The notes under the pieces are model-generated. The model searched no databases, was not told the DNA's origin, and worked only from the letters and a program-made list of their open reading frames with translations. 64,000 nucleotides of DNA from Tubiluchus corallicola. Lineage: Eukaryota; Animalia; Priapulida. The position numbers were made by a program, and so were the translations under genes. Positions 1-12,660 of this stretch are shown here, piece by piece (the stretch's first letter is position 1; each line of letters opens with the position of its first letter). Location of the stretch: contig JAQGDQ010000597.1 of the NCBI GenBank assembly GCA_030141605.1, positions 62,001 to 126,000 on the forward strand, in the 5' to 3' direction.

Positions 1-1289
1 CCAACTATCGGTTTATAGCATATTTGGAAAATTAAAGTTTGAGCATGCGCAGTTTGTAAACATAGCATCCGCTTATTCTTTTCCTCGCTGATGCCCTTAT
101 GAATTTTTAAGATGTTTGAAGTTGCCTTATTATAGAAATGACAAGCTTTGGCAAAAAGACAATTCTGACTGTTTCACGCAGAACATTATAGGTTTATAGC
201 TACACAGTGCTTAACAAAATGGTGGTGTTTATTCGAAACTTTTTACCTAACACTCAACAGCAAAACGTACTAGTAATGTTAATGATTGTGGTAAAACCAG
301 AATCTAGCTAAGGTAATTGTCCACAAAAAGCCACGGAATTGGAATTCTCCGGCCCTGTGTCTGGTAGAAAAGTCACGCTCGTTCACAGCTCAGCATACGC
401 ACCATCAGCCAATTCCATGCCCCTAAATACTCGTTGTTATTCTTAAGTATTATTTAGGACATAATGCAAAGGTCAACTACGCGGCATTTTCAAAGGTAAA
501 AAAACGCAGAAACATCAATTACTTACACGAAGCCAGCTACTGCTGCGGGCGGGAATCGCACTCTTCTATACACTGAATTCCGAGAATTCTACCTAAATTG
601 CTTAAATTACCACCGGGACAAATGGCAGGCTGCCCCCACACATCATATATGAAGGTGGAAAAGGCAATGATGTGCTAGATTAAAGCTAAATGCCTGCTAG
701 ATTTCTTGAAACTTTGTCAAGTGAAGTTTGGGAGGCGGTAGCCTGTAAGGAACAATTTGGATAATTTGATCGTACGAGTTAAGCGGTCGGATCTCACGAT
801 TCATTTTAAATAATATCGTAAAAAGTGCAGAACAACCTACAGAAACTTCTTTTAAACAGCGAAAATTTGTAACATCACCATAATATCCCTCAATGACAGC
901 AATTCAGGAAAATTCGTAACATCACCGTAATATACCTCAACGACACTACTTACAGCAATTCAGCTGTTTTGATTAATACTTCAAACCTTACTAGTTAACT
1001 TAAGCTAGTTATACTAAGACTGAGTAATTAAAATCAAACTATAAAGCCTCACTATTATATAAACTTTCACAACTTAAAATCCTACTTTCATTACGAATAT
1101 TCAATTTATTTTATTATAAACTTGCTGTAAAACCTGTTTCTTTTGATTTTTTTATCACATCATTGTTAGCGGTATTAAATTTGAAGAAGCGCCATTTCTC
1201 GTTGCGCGAGACTAATGACGTTATGAATACAGTCACTTTTTCAAAATCTCATTCCACCTATTGTAGGCATTGAGGTATCAACATTTATC

Positions 1290-1912
1290 ACAGCATTCCA
1301 CCCACTTCTATCTGCAGCTAACAGCATAAGTTCTTCTACTCCAAAAGATAGATTTGGTTGAAGTTGTTGAACTTCTTATTTATCTTAGCTATTCAAGTTG
1401 TTTTAGGTTTACCAGGTGGTTTTTTGAAAGGTTCTAAGATTTCCTTTAAGGCGATTCTTACTGGTGCTTCATTTGGTAATGTTAGAAGTTGTCCTAACCA
1501 TCTTAATCTTCGGATCTTGACTTCTGAACTCCAATAAATTTCTTTCAATCTGGTATATAAATATTCATTTTTGATTATCTATGGCCATCTATGGCCATCT
1601 TATCTTTAAAACTTTCCTAAGAAGACTTCTATTAAGTTTGTCAATCTGATTTCACCGTTGTACATAAATATGCTGGTAACGTAGTCATTAAGTAATCGAA
1701 GTCTTACGTTAAGACTTAATTTCTTGCTAGTTAATACACTCTTGTGCTGAAGAAATGCATGTATTGCTCGTTGCTTTCTGCTTTTAATATCATCTTCGGT
1801 GCTTAGAAAAGTGCCCGTGTACTTGCACTTTTTCCAAGACTGATTATCATTTCTTGCAATAGTACATTCTTCTGTTTTTGACTGGTTTACTTGAAGATTT
1901 CTTTTCTCTAGT
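1290..1912 (-). mobile_element. 5'-truncated, degenerate non-LTR retrotransposon (RTE-like LINE), 3' part of the RT ORF
   Basis: The minus strand reads KLEKRNLQVNQSKTEE...WKKCKYTGTFLSTEDDIKSRKQRA...YVTSIFMYNGEI and later KIRRLRWLGQLLTLPNEAPVRIAL...KKPPGKPKTT, with breaks. This matches the post-YADD region and C-terminal domain of RTE-type LINEs and resembles the copies at 27.9-30 kb. Boundaries are approximate. Confidence 0.8.
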
Positions 1913-3818
1913 TTTTTTCAGTCACTAGGTCACCAACAAAATCGGTAAACAAACATCGGTAACCAAAGACGCTTTCTGTACGTCGTTCCCGCTCACTCGC
2001 GCCAAAGACGCAAAACATGGAGGCAATGTCTACGGCAATGTCCGCGTTGCAAATTAGCCAGAAAACGGCGAGTTATTTAATTTATAAGTCTCTTTTGTTT
2101 AACAATAACCATGAATTCTTTGCGTAATCATAATAATGCATTAAAAAAACTTCAATGTTTGTTGGGGTTATATAACTTTTAAGCAAGTATACGAATTAAT
2201 GAACGTAATACAAATTTAATTCTGCAACAGTAATCAATTATTTGTAGCCACTTAATACAAAGCAACAGGAAATCTTCATCAATCCTGTTAGTTCAATAAA
2301 GTCCGTGAAGACATCTCAGAATGGTGTGCACTGTGAACATTTTAGTTACTTTTTTTGCACTCGCCGCCGATTTTGGGAGCTTGACCCGTCACCCGCGTTT
2401 CAGACCCTTACGTATTTTCATAGAATTTGTTACTCTGGAAACCAAACTTCAGCACTTGTGGAATGACAGGAATCTAGTTCATCGTCAAGTAGACCTTTCT
2501 ATGATAAGACAGTGAAATATACAGCCACAATGCAAGGCGTATACCTGAATAATCAATATTTAGGCAGCAGCGTGGCACACGAAACTGCCTAGAAGAACAA
2601 TGATCACCCACGGATTTACTAGCCGGCTGGGAACTGTTTAACTTTTGTAAAGAAGCGCATACATATACAGTGAAAATGAAGAGACAAATGATCGATTGAT
2701 TGTGAATTCTGGTTTTTCCTATGTTTAAAATCTCGGTTCAGAAAAATTAACAAGCTGAATAGCGTAACCATTTACTAATCAGGATCAGTGCTCCTTAACG
2801 TCAAAGCCAAGCCTTGTGAGGAGATTTAGTTAGGTTTTCCCTCGCCCTAGTTCCCAAGATTTAATTTATTTCAGCTGAGAGAAGTAGTATAGCTGATCCT
2901 GTAAGAAACAACAAGCCATAAATATACTTAAATCGAGATGCCCTGGCGATGTTCCAGTACACAATATTTATGTGCATGTTAACATCCCATTAAGTGCATA
3001 AACGTTAAAACTGAATCGCATTACGAACGCAGCCATACAAATGTGAGAAGAGAGGACCCAGGAGCCTACTTAAGCTACCAGTTACTGAATTGTGGTAAAA
3101 AGCGACGAAAACATAGGCGCAAACACTACGGATATATACAATTATCTAAATTTTCTTATAAGGTTAAACTGCTTTGTACTGACATCCATCCAGCCTACGA
3201 TTTTATTATATTAAAAATTTTAAAAAAGTTATAAGAAACATCAGATCCATTGAAATGATGTCTTCTTTAGAAGTCACTGGCGATGTTCCAGAATACAACA
3301 TAAAAGTTAAAGATTAATTGTATATGAGAGCAATCATACAAATGTGAGCTGAAAAGTCTTACACGGGACTATAGATGTCAGTTTGTTTCCTATAGATGTC
3401 AGAATCAGCACCTTTCTTAAGCCAACTAATACGAGTCCTTGGTTACACGAAAATGGCCAAATAGTCGCATATATAATGCTCTCACACTTGCTAAGTAACC
3501 GAAGTTCAATGTTTTCACTTCTACAGTTTGTCCACTAATGCACGGATAATAATAGGAGACAAAGATTAGTGCCAGAGCTAAAGTGAATTCCTGGCATACT
3601 TGTTGCATTACATTATATAGAGTTATGAGATAAATATTACAGATAACAGGCAAAGATAAACAAACCTAGGTGTGGTATATTTATCAGATGTGCTTGCATT
3701 ACAAAGCGTAAAACACTTGTCGGCATATTACAAAGACACTGCCTTCTGGGGTACAGAAAGATTTAAAAACGCCTTGTTATTCGAGAGTAGGAGAAAACTG
3801 CGCAGATAAAGTAGTCCA

Positions 3819-3899
3819 CCAGGTCATTCACAAGAAGGCACTTGTAATTACGTACAACCATTGTGCATACGTATAAGTGCCTTCCTGTGAATGACCTGG
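3819..3899. repeat. Near-perfect inverted repeat (hairpin of about 80 nt)
   Basis: CCAGGTCATTCACAAGAAGGCACTTGTA pairs with TATAAGTGCCTTCCTGTGAATGACCTGG at 26 of 28 positions, with extra TACGTA pairing inside the loop. Confidence 0.85.
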
Positions 3900-4337
3900 G
3901 CTACTACAACGTGATTTTTTTCTTATTCGCATAATTTTGCAGCACCGGTCTAAAGATGTTAACGGTTTGATTAGTGATACAAACTACTGGTCTATTATCG
4001 TTTTTTAAACGGCACTCTGGCCACAGGGTTTGCTCAATGAAAATGTTCGCAGCGGAACCGGAATCTTTCTCATTATCATCAAGAGTAAATTAAATAAAAC
4101 GGCACGTTCGAATGTCAATGCAAAAACGAATCAGCAAAAAACATTAAAAACCGAAACAACAACGATCGGAAATAACGACCGTTTTGAATCGTTTGTAGTA
4201 AACAAGAGGCAGTTACAGCAAGCTACTAAAAACTATGCAGCATATAAGAAAAACAAGTGTGTAAATATATTACAAACAAATGAAAATTAACAAACAAAAG
4301 AAAAACCAACAACAGCACGAAGCACAACACTAACAAA

Positions 4338-4339
<2 letters not shown>

Positions 4340-4370
<31 letters not shown>

Positions 4371-4534
4371 TACTAATTTACTTTCTTACTTACTCACTCA
4401 CTCACTCACTCACTCACTCAATTACTCACTTACTCACTTACTCACTTACTCACTTACTCACTTACTCACTTACTCACTTACTCACTTACTCACTTACTTA
4501 CTTACTTACTTACTTACATACTTACTTACTTACA

Positions 4535-4566
<32 letters not shown>

Positions 4567-4570
4567 CACT
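4340..4570. repeat. Compound tetranucleotide microsatellite (CTAA)n-(CTCA)n-(CTCACTTA)n-(CTTA)n
   Basis: Read directly from the sequence. Confidence 0.95.
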
Positions 4571-7084
4571 GACAGACAGACACAAAAACTTGGTCATTAT
4601 TGGTTTTATTGCAGAAAAAATATCTGTCAAAATTCAAGGAAATACTAACAACAGTTAAACTACCAAACAGTAATAGGAACAATCTTTAAATTCGTTTATA
4701 ATATCTTTAATAATCTTGAACGACTATTGTAGCAGCAGATAAAAAACGATCTATGCTATGTTCTAGTGCAGGGATTCTTAGGCTAACCCGGCTGAGAAAC
4801 AATGACCATTTATTGTAAGAAGTTCGTTGAGTAAACTCAAATTACTAAAGGAACTTCAACTATAGCTGAGGAACTTGGATAATGATCATCATCTTACGGG
4901 AAACGAAAATTACAAAGTCGAGAGATCTCCTTGCAATGCTAGATGCATTAAGTAATAAGTGTAAAAATAGCCTACCAAGTCGCTATCCAACTGCAGATCA
5001 GGACTACGATCAAGATGCTTCTGCTGATGACGACGACGATGATCACGGTGATGGCTACGCTGACGGCAGTGGCTTCTGCGTTTTATTTCGGACATTGCCG
5101 CTTGGTCCTCGTTTTTGCGAAGTACTAATGGTTCAGCAAAAATCCGGTGGAGGTCGCTTCTAATACCGCTTAAAATATATATATATACCTGGAAGTACCA
5201 CTTTTTCACCAAACAACAGAAATCAGAGCAACATGCATGTCACAAACGTTGTTCACAAGCCAATCAAATGGCAAACCAAACACATGCCATCCCTAGATAC
5301 AATTGAAACTTCCACAGGTAAACTTTGTCATTATTTAATAAAACAGATAAGTTGTTGACAAACCAGATTGTCGGTTTGATTGACTATCGATCCGGGTGAT
5401 TAGCAGTTAGGTTTGCACCAGCTGAGGGCGGGTTTAACTGACGTGGTAAGTCCAACATCAACAGCGCACAGGTCACACTACAAGCAATGTCACACAAGGG
5501 CCAGGCTCCATTTTACATCTTAAAAAGAAAAAGTGTTTGCAATGCAACACAGAAGACAAATCGAAGAACAATACTTTCCCAACTTAGCTGGCAACTAACG
5601 ATATCATTAATTAATTATGACTGTGATTGCCATAATTTTTTATAAACCATTGCGCTTTATTTTACTAATTATTACTCATTGCGGGTAATGAGTTGGAGAA
5701 AGGAGACACTGAAAAATTTGTGGACAAGTCGCGATTTGAACCCGAGACCTGGACAGCTACTAATCCCATTTATCAATTTTCTTGAATTGAATTATTGGCG
5801 TTATATATAGATCTCCAGGCTCAGACGTCAACATTAGGTATAACTAAGTTCGACGTGGATACATGTCTTAAAAAGGCAAATTACAACAGTATGACAAGAA
5901 GCAATCTATAGACTGTCATTTCACTCATCACTTTACTGTCACCTGGCGCAATGCAGTTTGCACACATGGTGACCACTCGGCTTTTCATTTATCTTATTTT
6001 TTTAAAAAGCTTGCTGCATGTGCAGGACTGCGCAGATATGGTATTTAAAGTTGAAATAAAACTTGCGAAATATATGACTGCGTAGATAACTTAAATGAAC
6101 TCTGCAGATTATGGTATTTAACCAGTCAGTTAAAATAAAATTGGAAGTAAATGACAGTAGATTGTTTACAAAAAAAAATCACCCACTGAAAAACAGCTGT
6201 GCCAAATAAAATTAACAGAATTTTGGATAAGAAAATGAGAACTATTGACAAGTTGTAAAGGACAGCACATTAAATGAGCTTGTTGAATTAGCTCCATTGC
6301 TCTGCCTGTTGAATGTTATAGAAGGAAAAGTATGAAAGTTGCAAAATTTAAATAAAACAGCAGCAGAGCATATGCTGCGCTGTTGTAGCGGTAGTAAATT
6401 TAAATGTCACAGAAATCACTTGTTCAGTAACTGAGGAAAATGTTATGAAGCTGGAGTTCGCTGTTAGCTATTGATCACTGCATCATTTTAGTGGTTTTAC
6501 TTTCTAGGTTCTTCAAATTACTCAACATTTAAATACAATTATTATGTGTCTATTTATTATGAGCGATTCATTTAATGCACAAAAGTGTGTAATGGATCTT
6601 TTTTACATTTAAATGAAAGCAACAATAACCATATAAAGCACAATGTCTAAAAATGACATCGCTAATTTAAAAATTCTAGCTTTCTAAAAGAACCGAGACA
6701 TGTGAATTTGTCAAAACAGTTTCTATTGCGTGTTACTCTGTGAAAAGAACGACTTTTTAAAACTGATTCACTATATTAGTCACTCTGCGTGACTCAATAT
6801 ATTCACCAAAAACATGCGATTCGCTATATTCGTTCACATGATGTGACCCACGCTGTAGCACTTCGTCCAAAATCATTGTAAGAATACTGCCCATGCACGC
6901 TGCAACTATTCTAGATTTTACCTATTCCAGATTTATTGTATTAACACAAACTCACTTGTCAGCACTATAACAGCGCCCAAACAGAAACCAACGAACAAGT
7001 ACACACTGTAACACCAAGATGGTTGAGCATTCCTCGTTATTCGGGAAGTCACACGACGCAGGAAGCAAACACAGCACTAGGCCA

Positions 7085-7297
7085 CCAGGAACAAGAAAAT
7101 CCCAGGTCATCTACTCAGCACTAGTACACCCAGATATAAGAAAATCCCAGGTCTTCTACACCGCACTAGTACACCCAGATATAAGAAAATCCCAGGTCAT
7201 CTACACAGCACTAGTACACCAGATATAAGAAAATCCCAGGTCATCTACACAGCACTAGTACACCAGATATAAGAAAATCCCAGGTCTTCTGCACCGC
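7085..7297. repeat. Minisatellite, 44-45 bp unit, about 4.7 copies
   Basis: Unit CAGATATAAGAAAATCCCAGGTC(A/T)TCTACAC(A/C)GCACTAGTACAC(C) starts at 7131, 7176, 7220 and 7264, plus a diverged first copy. There are no unique spacers. Confidence 0.95.
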
Positions 7298-10200
7298 GAA
7301 TTTTGTAGATTCCGAAGCAACGTTCACGTCAAAAAAACCACAGCACACGCGGTTAATACAAGGAATGAAAAGCCCAGACTGAACTATGTACATGCTATAA
7401 GTATGCTATGTACACGTACATAACAAGTAGATAACAGCGCCTTATCAGAACTTAAAATATCAAAGTCTTTCTGGTGACCGCAGTGCCTCAAAGCGACGGT
7501 AGATCTGTATATGCGGGAAGGGGGTCACTGTCTGCAGCTTACTTCTGGAATTCGTGTTTAGTAAGTGCTGCAATTTCAAAGTCGCTAACAAAACACGCAC
7601 TACAAACAAGGCAAATGTAAAGCAAACGCAACGGGAAAGGTGGTGAATGTTTCTTCCTGTTTCTGACATTGTTTTCTCATGACACCGAAACTCCATAAAA
7701 ACTTCTGCCTCCGCAACAAATGTAAAAAACCGGGGGGAAATGGAACTTCACACATATTCGCCTCACCTAATGTACAGTGATGACGGTGAGAATGATGATG
7801 ATGCCCAGTAATAATGGCCACAACAACGACATTGGCAATGAGTCAGTCAAGGCGATGATCATGATGAAGATGGCAATTACTAACAGTTGTAAAAACTCTG
7901 CCTAAACGGGAAGCCAAGATTACACGCCACAGTGTTGTAGACCTGCAAGGTTATCAGGCATCACTACTCCACGTTGTGAGCCTTGTGACTATCTTCATCA
8001 TTACGTGTAAGGCGTCAGCATTCATGTTTCGATTGGATTGATTCAGTCGTGTGAATCAGCCACGTACAGGTCTAGCTCACGCATCATTGCATGACACTTG
8101 TTCTACACTTTGGCACACTGCCAGAAAATCGAACCTGCTTACTTATCTACACACGACAGCAACAACTCAGTAATTACAATGTATGTCTTTAGGAATCAAT
8201 GTTTTTTGTATAAACATATTTATTTAAATATACAGATTTAAAATACATTTATACAAAAAAATATAGCTGGGTGCCCAGCTATCAAATTAGCATTGGGACA
8301 GTTTCATGTGCCATGCTGACTCAACTGTTTTTCTCGCTGGGTTACTCTTAATAATTAGCTAGATTTCGGTTCTACCACAACCATAAACGTATTACTCAGC
8401 TTCAAAGCTAGGCCCTGCGGCCGAGTGCTTGTTATCAAACTGTAAGAAAAAAATCACTCATTACTTATATTTCGTATAAAATGCACAATGGAGTCCTTAA
8501 AAAATCAGATCCGCACACTAGCCACGCACGGTAGATGTGAGACTAAAGATTATAAATCATAATAGCTCACAAAGCCTGAAGCGATCACACGCTTTTTATG
8601 ATCTTCGTCGGGGCTTAATGTTATCAGCTGGAAAAAATTTGTGGAATTTTGTTGTCGAGACAAAAATCTTATACAGGCCACTTGAGTAAAAACCTTAGAC
8701 CTTGAGAGTAAGAGTATAAACTAAATACGCCAAGGACAATTTTCCACGATTTGCAATGAATGTGCAAAAAGACTAACTGTTGCAAACTCAGCGCATACCA
8801 TAAAAGTCTTATACTTATAGGGAAAAGTTGCATCAGTTGTCTCAAACAGAACTTAACTAGAACTTAGAATTTTAGTCTGCTGCATTCGGCGACAGTAACG
8901 GTGGCGGTGATTATCCGGTAAATATTGCCGCGTGATGCGGGTAAACTAACTGTTCACATAGCTCAAACACCAAACAGTAGCAGCAATTAGCTTAATACTG
9001 GTATCACAACGAAAAAAGTTTCCGCCTGCGTGTCCATAAGCATTTTAATACGGGATTCTTTTGGTTATCAGGTTTGCTCGCATTTTTTACAACTCGTGTG
9101 ACCCAGTGTGAACAGTCTTAAAAAGACTAAGAGCGTTCCTGACCCAAATTCAGGAACGTTTGCCAGTCAAAACTCCAAAAAAGCCTTCTCGCTCGCAGAA
9201 AAACCATGCCGTGAATTTTATTTATTTACTAGAACCTACTCATGTTTCCACCAATCATGAGTCTAAAATATCGAGGCTTCTCAGAAATTCGCGGTCGAAC
9301 GATAAGCAGATTCTGAAGCCCTTGGGCCTTGGCAGTCTTGTTGCATCAGACACGCGCCCGATAAAAACATTTTTCGTGTGTCGCCATCGCGCGGTCAAAT
9401 GTGTTATCTTTTGCCGGCTGTTTGAAATGTGATTATTTTCACAAGAGCAAAAGTAGTGTTAATTTAGCAAGGTCGGATCTGGAATTTCTGTGTTTTTGCG
9501 GCAACAAGAGTAGGTGTTACTGACGCACAAAGCTTTGTTGACAATGTCGCTAAAGACTCATATTTCACAGTAAAAAATCTAAAGAATTCAAAATATCAGC
9601 CAATATTGTTTATCCTGACTAAGACTATACACAAGACAAAGACTAAGTTTGAAATCTTCCAATCCACAGTTTCCCAGTAAAGAAGCATAGAAACTGACAT
9701 GTCCCTCGCTCATGTGACTAAAGGTGGCTGCATTCTTTCTCATAAAAATACCATTATTTGAAAAGTCTGAGTGAAGATTAGAAAGAAACTCGATTTCATA
9801 GTTGATGGTAATATATCTATAAACAAAACAGCAGGATTTAGTTTATGCAAGTTCTCACTATAAAGGTTTAAGTTTCAAATCCAGATACGTTCGCATTTAA
9901 TCAACATTCTCTTTTTTTAACAAACTAGCTGTCCGTGCAGTGGGCACCAATACTATCTACTCTAGAATAAGTGATGCTGTCAATGCCACACTGCGAACCT
10001 GCTAGGAAATCAGCTGCTGGTAACTCTGCCAATCTAACTGCCTGTCTATGTTATCTAGCAGCAACAAGCCAATATACAGGATTAAGAAACCGAGTGACTG
10101 CATAAACAGACCAGCAAAAATAAGCACTACGTTACGTTTACTGTTTTCTTATGAGCCTAGTCTAACATATTACCGGCATGAGTCAACACCAAGTCAGCCA

Positions 10201-11754
10201 TTTGGCGAGAAAAACAAACAACAGTAACTGCATTATATCTGGCAAGGCTCTCTGAAGGAGACGAAGGGCTCTTGCAATCTTCTGAGAATTCACAAAACTT
10301 TACTAGTGATCCACAGGCTCTGACCAGATGTCAGGTTAATGGAAAGAAAAATGACTGACAAAAGTGGAAGGATACGCCAAATAAGCTTGACAATTCCACA
10401 AACTCAGCTGGAAGGCAAAGCGTCACAAATTGTCACATTTCGCTTGAATCCTGGGAATTAAAAAGAGATGAAAATCATGACAAAGCCAGCTAAGACAAGT
10501 CTATACTGATGAAGGACACGAGAATGGCAATAGATTCTGTAGCTAATGGGAGACATTTCCCAAATAAAAGATTCTGACAAATGACAACAACTGTGCGCTT
10601 ATGCTTACCAGAAATTAAAAAAACCACTAATGTCACTGATGCACACACACGTACTTATTCACATCTAGTGAAAAATGATTTAGTGCTTGTGCATTTAACG
10701 AACTGCACAAAACAAGTTTGCGTCTCCGAAGTTACGGTTTAATTGCACAAGCAAGGCGTTTCCGATACGTGAACTAAACAATTTCACAAATCAGGGCCGT
10801 CACTCATGTTCACAAATGTATTTTTTTTTGTTACAGTTCATGTGTTATTATGCAAAAGATGACCTTTTGCTGGAACTGTGTCTCCACAATCTGAAAAATG
10901 TGAACGCGTCCCAATCCTCGTTGAACAAACAGCTACAATAAGCACTATAACACAATGATTTCTACAGATGTTTACATGTGTTAATGACATGACTTCGCTT
11001 AAGAACTTCTAAGTAGGTAAGATAAATTGTTAAATGTCAAATACGTCTGGCTTCGCAAATCTCCACATTTGAAACCATTAGCCATACAATCTGTAAATAT
11101 GATTCTGTCATGTTTGCTAGCTACAAAAGGAAGGTTCCACTAGTACTAATGATTAAGAAGAATTACGGACCTACTTAAAATTATTGTAGATACCTTGTTT
11201 TTGCAGCACTTGGTCAAGTTTTGTGCAGTTTTGAGTTAATGAAAATTGAAGATTGAAAATAAACCCGTAATCGTAAATTTTTGAAACTAACTTGATCACA
11301 AAACTAAGAAAGACGAAGTCCATACCGAGCCTGGGAACCGACCCTAGGTCTTCAGATTATAGTTCAGTCCAACGTTTTACATTACCAGAGTGCTCGGCGT
11401 CTTTGATTTCATGACCTTGGACTCAATCCTAGCGTCTGTTAAGTAAACAGGAGGGCAGAATAATTGACTTCTGAACATTATTTTTAAGAGCTTCTGAACC
11501 TGTCCAGTGCTAGCAATTTCACTGTAAATGTACATGGCTTGGCTCGCCATAATCATGCTTTATCCTTTAGTTAACCTTCCCATTCTCCTAAGTTCCTGGC
11601 CAAGTGGAGCAGAAGCAAGAGAAGCGCTTGTTGCACAGCTTCAAAACGATGGGATTCATCGACGCGCGCACACGCAGCAGCAGCCTAAATGCCACTTGGT
11701 TATGTATTATAACACTGGGGTTGACATTTAGACAAACTTACAGCTAAGAGCAGA

Positions 11755-12660
11755 GAATTTCTCAGCAACAGCAATTGATTTCTAATAGCAGAGGTTACTG
11801 CATGCAAGCGTGCGCTGGTAACAAGGCTAGCAGGAGCGTATGGTGGAGGCATTCTCATGGCAGCGGTAGTGCATGGTGGGGATATTCTCATACTAGAGGT
11901 TGCTACATGCAAGCATTTGCTGGCACAGGCATTCTCATAATTCAGAGCAGCAGTTACTACATGCAAGGTAAAAAGTTAGTGGCAGCACAATGTACGTGTA
12001 TCTCTTACATTAATATTCTTGGTATGGGCTTTATATATATATAAGATTCGAGGCTACAGCTTCGACGAGGGCACCATTTGCGGCAATCTATATATCAAAC
12101 GAAAGGTCTCGATCTAGTGTCTTCTCATTGATGGTTTATTTTCCGAATCGGGCCCACCGGGAGGAACGGGGGACGAAAAACCTCCAAAAATGGCCCTTTT
12201 TCGGCCGTTTTTTGCAAAAGTTATACGGCTGAGATGTAGAGAACGGGAACGGGCCGAGGGGGGTGCTGGGTATGGATAGATAGTCCGTTTAGCGGTGGGT
12301 GTAGTATTCTAACATGATTACAACTATAATGCGAGTGCTGGAAACAAAAGTTAATAAGGCATTGGATATTCTAATAACAGGGATCCATGCATGCAGACAT
12401 GAGCTGGAAACACGGGCCAGAAGAAGTAGTACACAGTGATTGCATTCTCACAGCAGTACTTACTGCATTGAAACATGTTTGTGCTGGTAGCAAAGATTAG
12501 CTTAGCAGTAAGGTATGATGGAAACATTCTAACAGTCAAGAGTATTGCGCACCAGCATAAGCTGGTAAAACAGGAGAGTGCATGGCAAGTGAATTTTCAC
12601 AGCAGAAATTTATGTACATATGCATGTACTAGTAACAAGTGTCAGGTACTAGAAGTAACA
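11755..12660. repeat. Degenerate tandem repeat interrupted by the Helitron-like insert
   Basis: The motif ATTCT(C/A)A..GCAG.GGTTACT(G/A)CATGCAAGC....GCTGG recurs on both sides of 12001-12304. Confidence 0.55.
12001..12304 (+). mobile_element. Short non-autonomous Helitron-like element
   Basis: Starts A|TCTCTTACATTAAT. Its first ~160 bp closely match 49966-50122 (GGTATGGGCTT...ATAAGATTCGAGGCTACAGC...TATATATCAAACGAAAGGTCTCGATCTAGTGT...GAATCGGGCCCACCGG). It ends in a weak hairpin CCGTTTAGCGG then GTAG|T. It sits between A and T with no TSD, inside a degenerate tandem repeat. Confidence 0.6.

Noticed and set aside
5720-5760. tRNA gene (minus-strand B-box GGGTTCAAATC)
   Set aside because: No cloverleaf or A-box; at most a SINE remnant. 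The same applies to 11310-11440.
7085-7297. CRISPR-like array, or coding repeat ORF 7019-7228
   Set aside because: Units are contiguous with no unique spacers, there are no cas genes, and 44-bp units break the frame. It is a minisatellite.
10200-10600. Possible ancient LINE RT remnant on the + strand
   Set aside because: Only faint motif echoes (RCQVNG, ILGIKK); too decayed to support.
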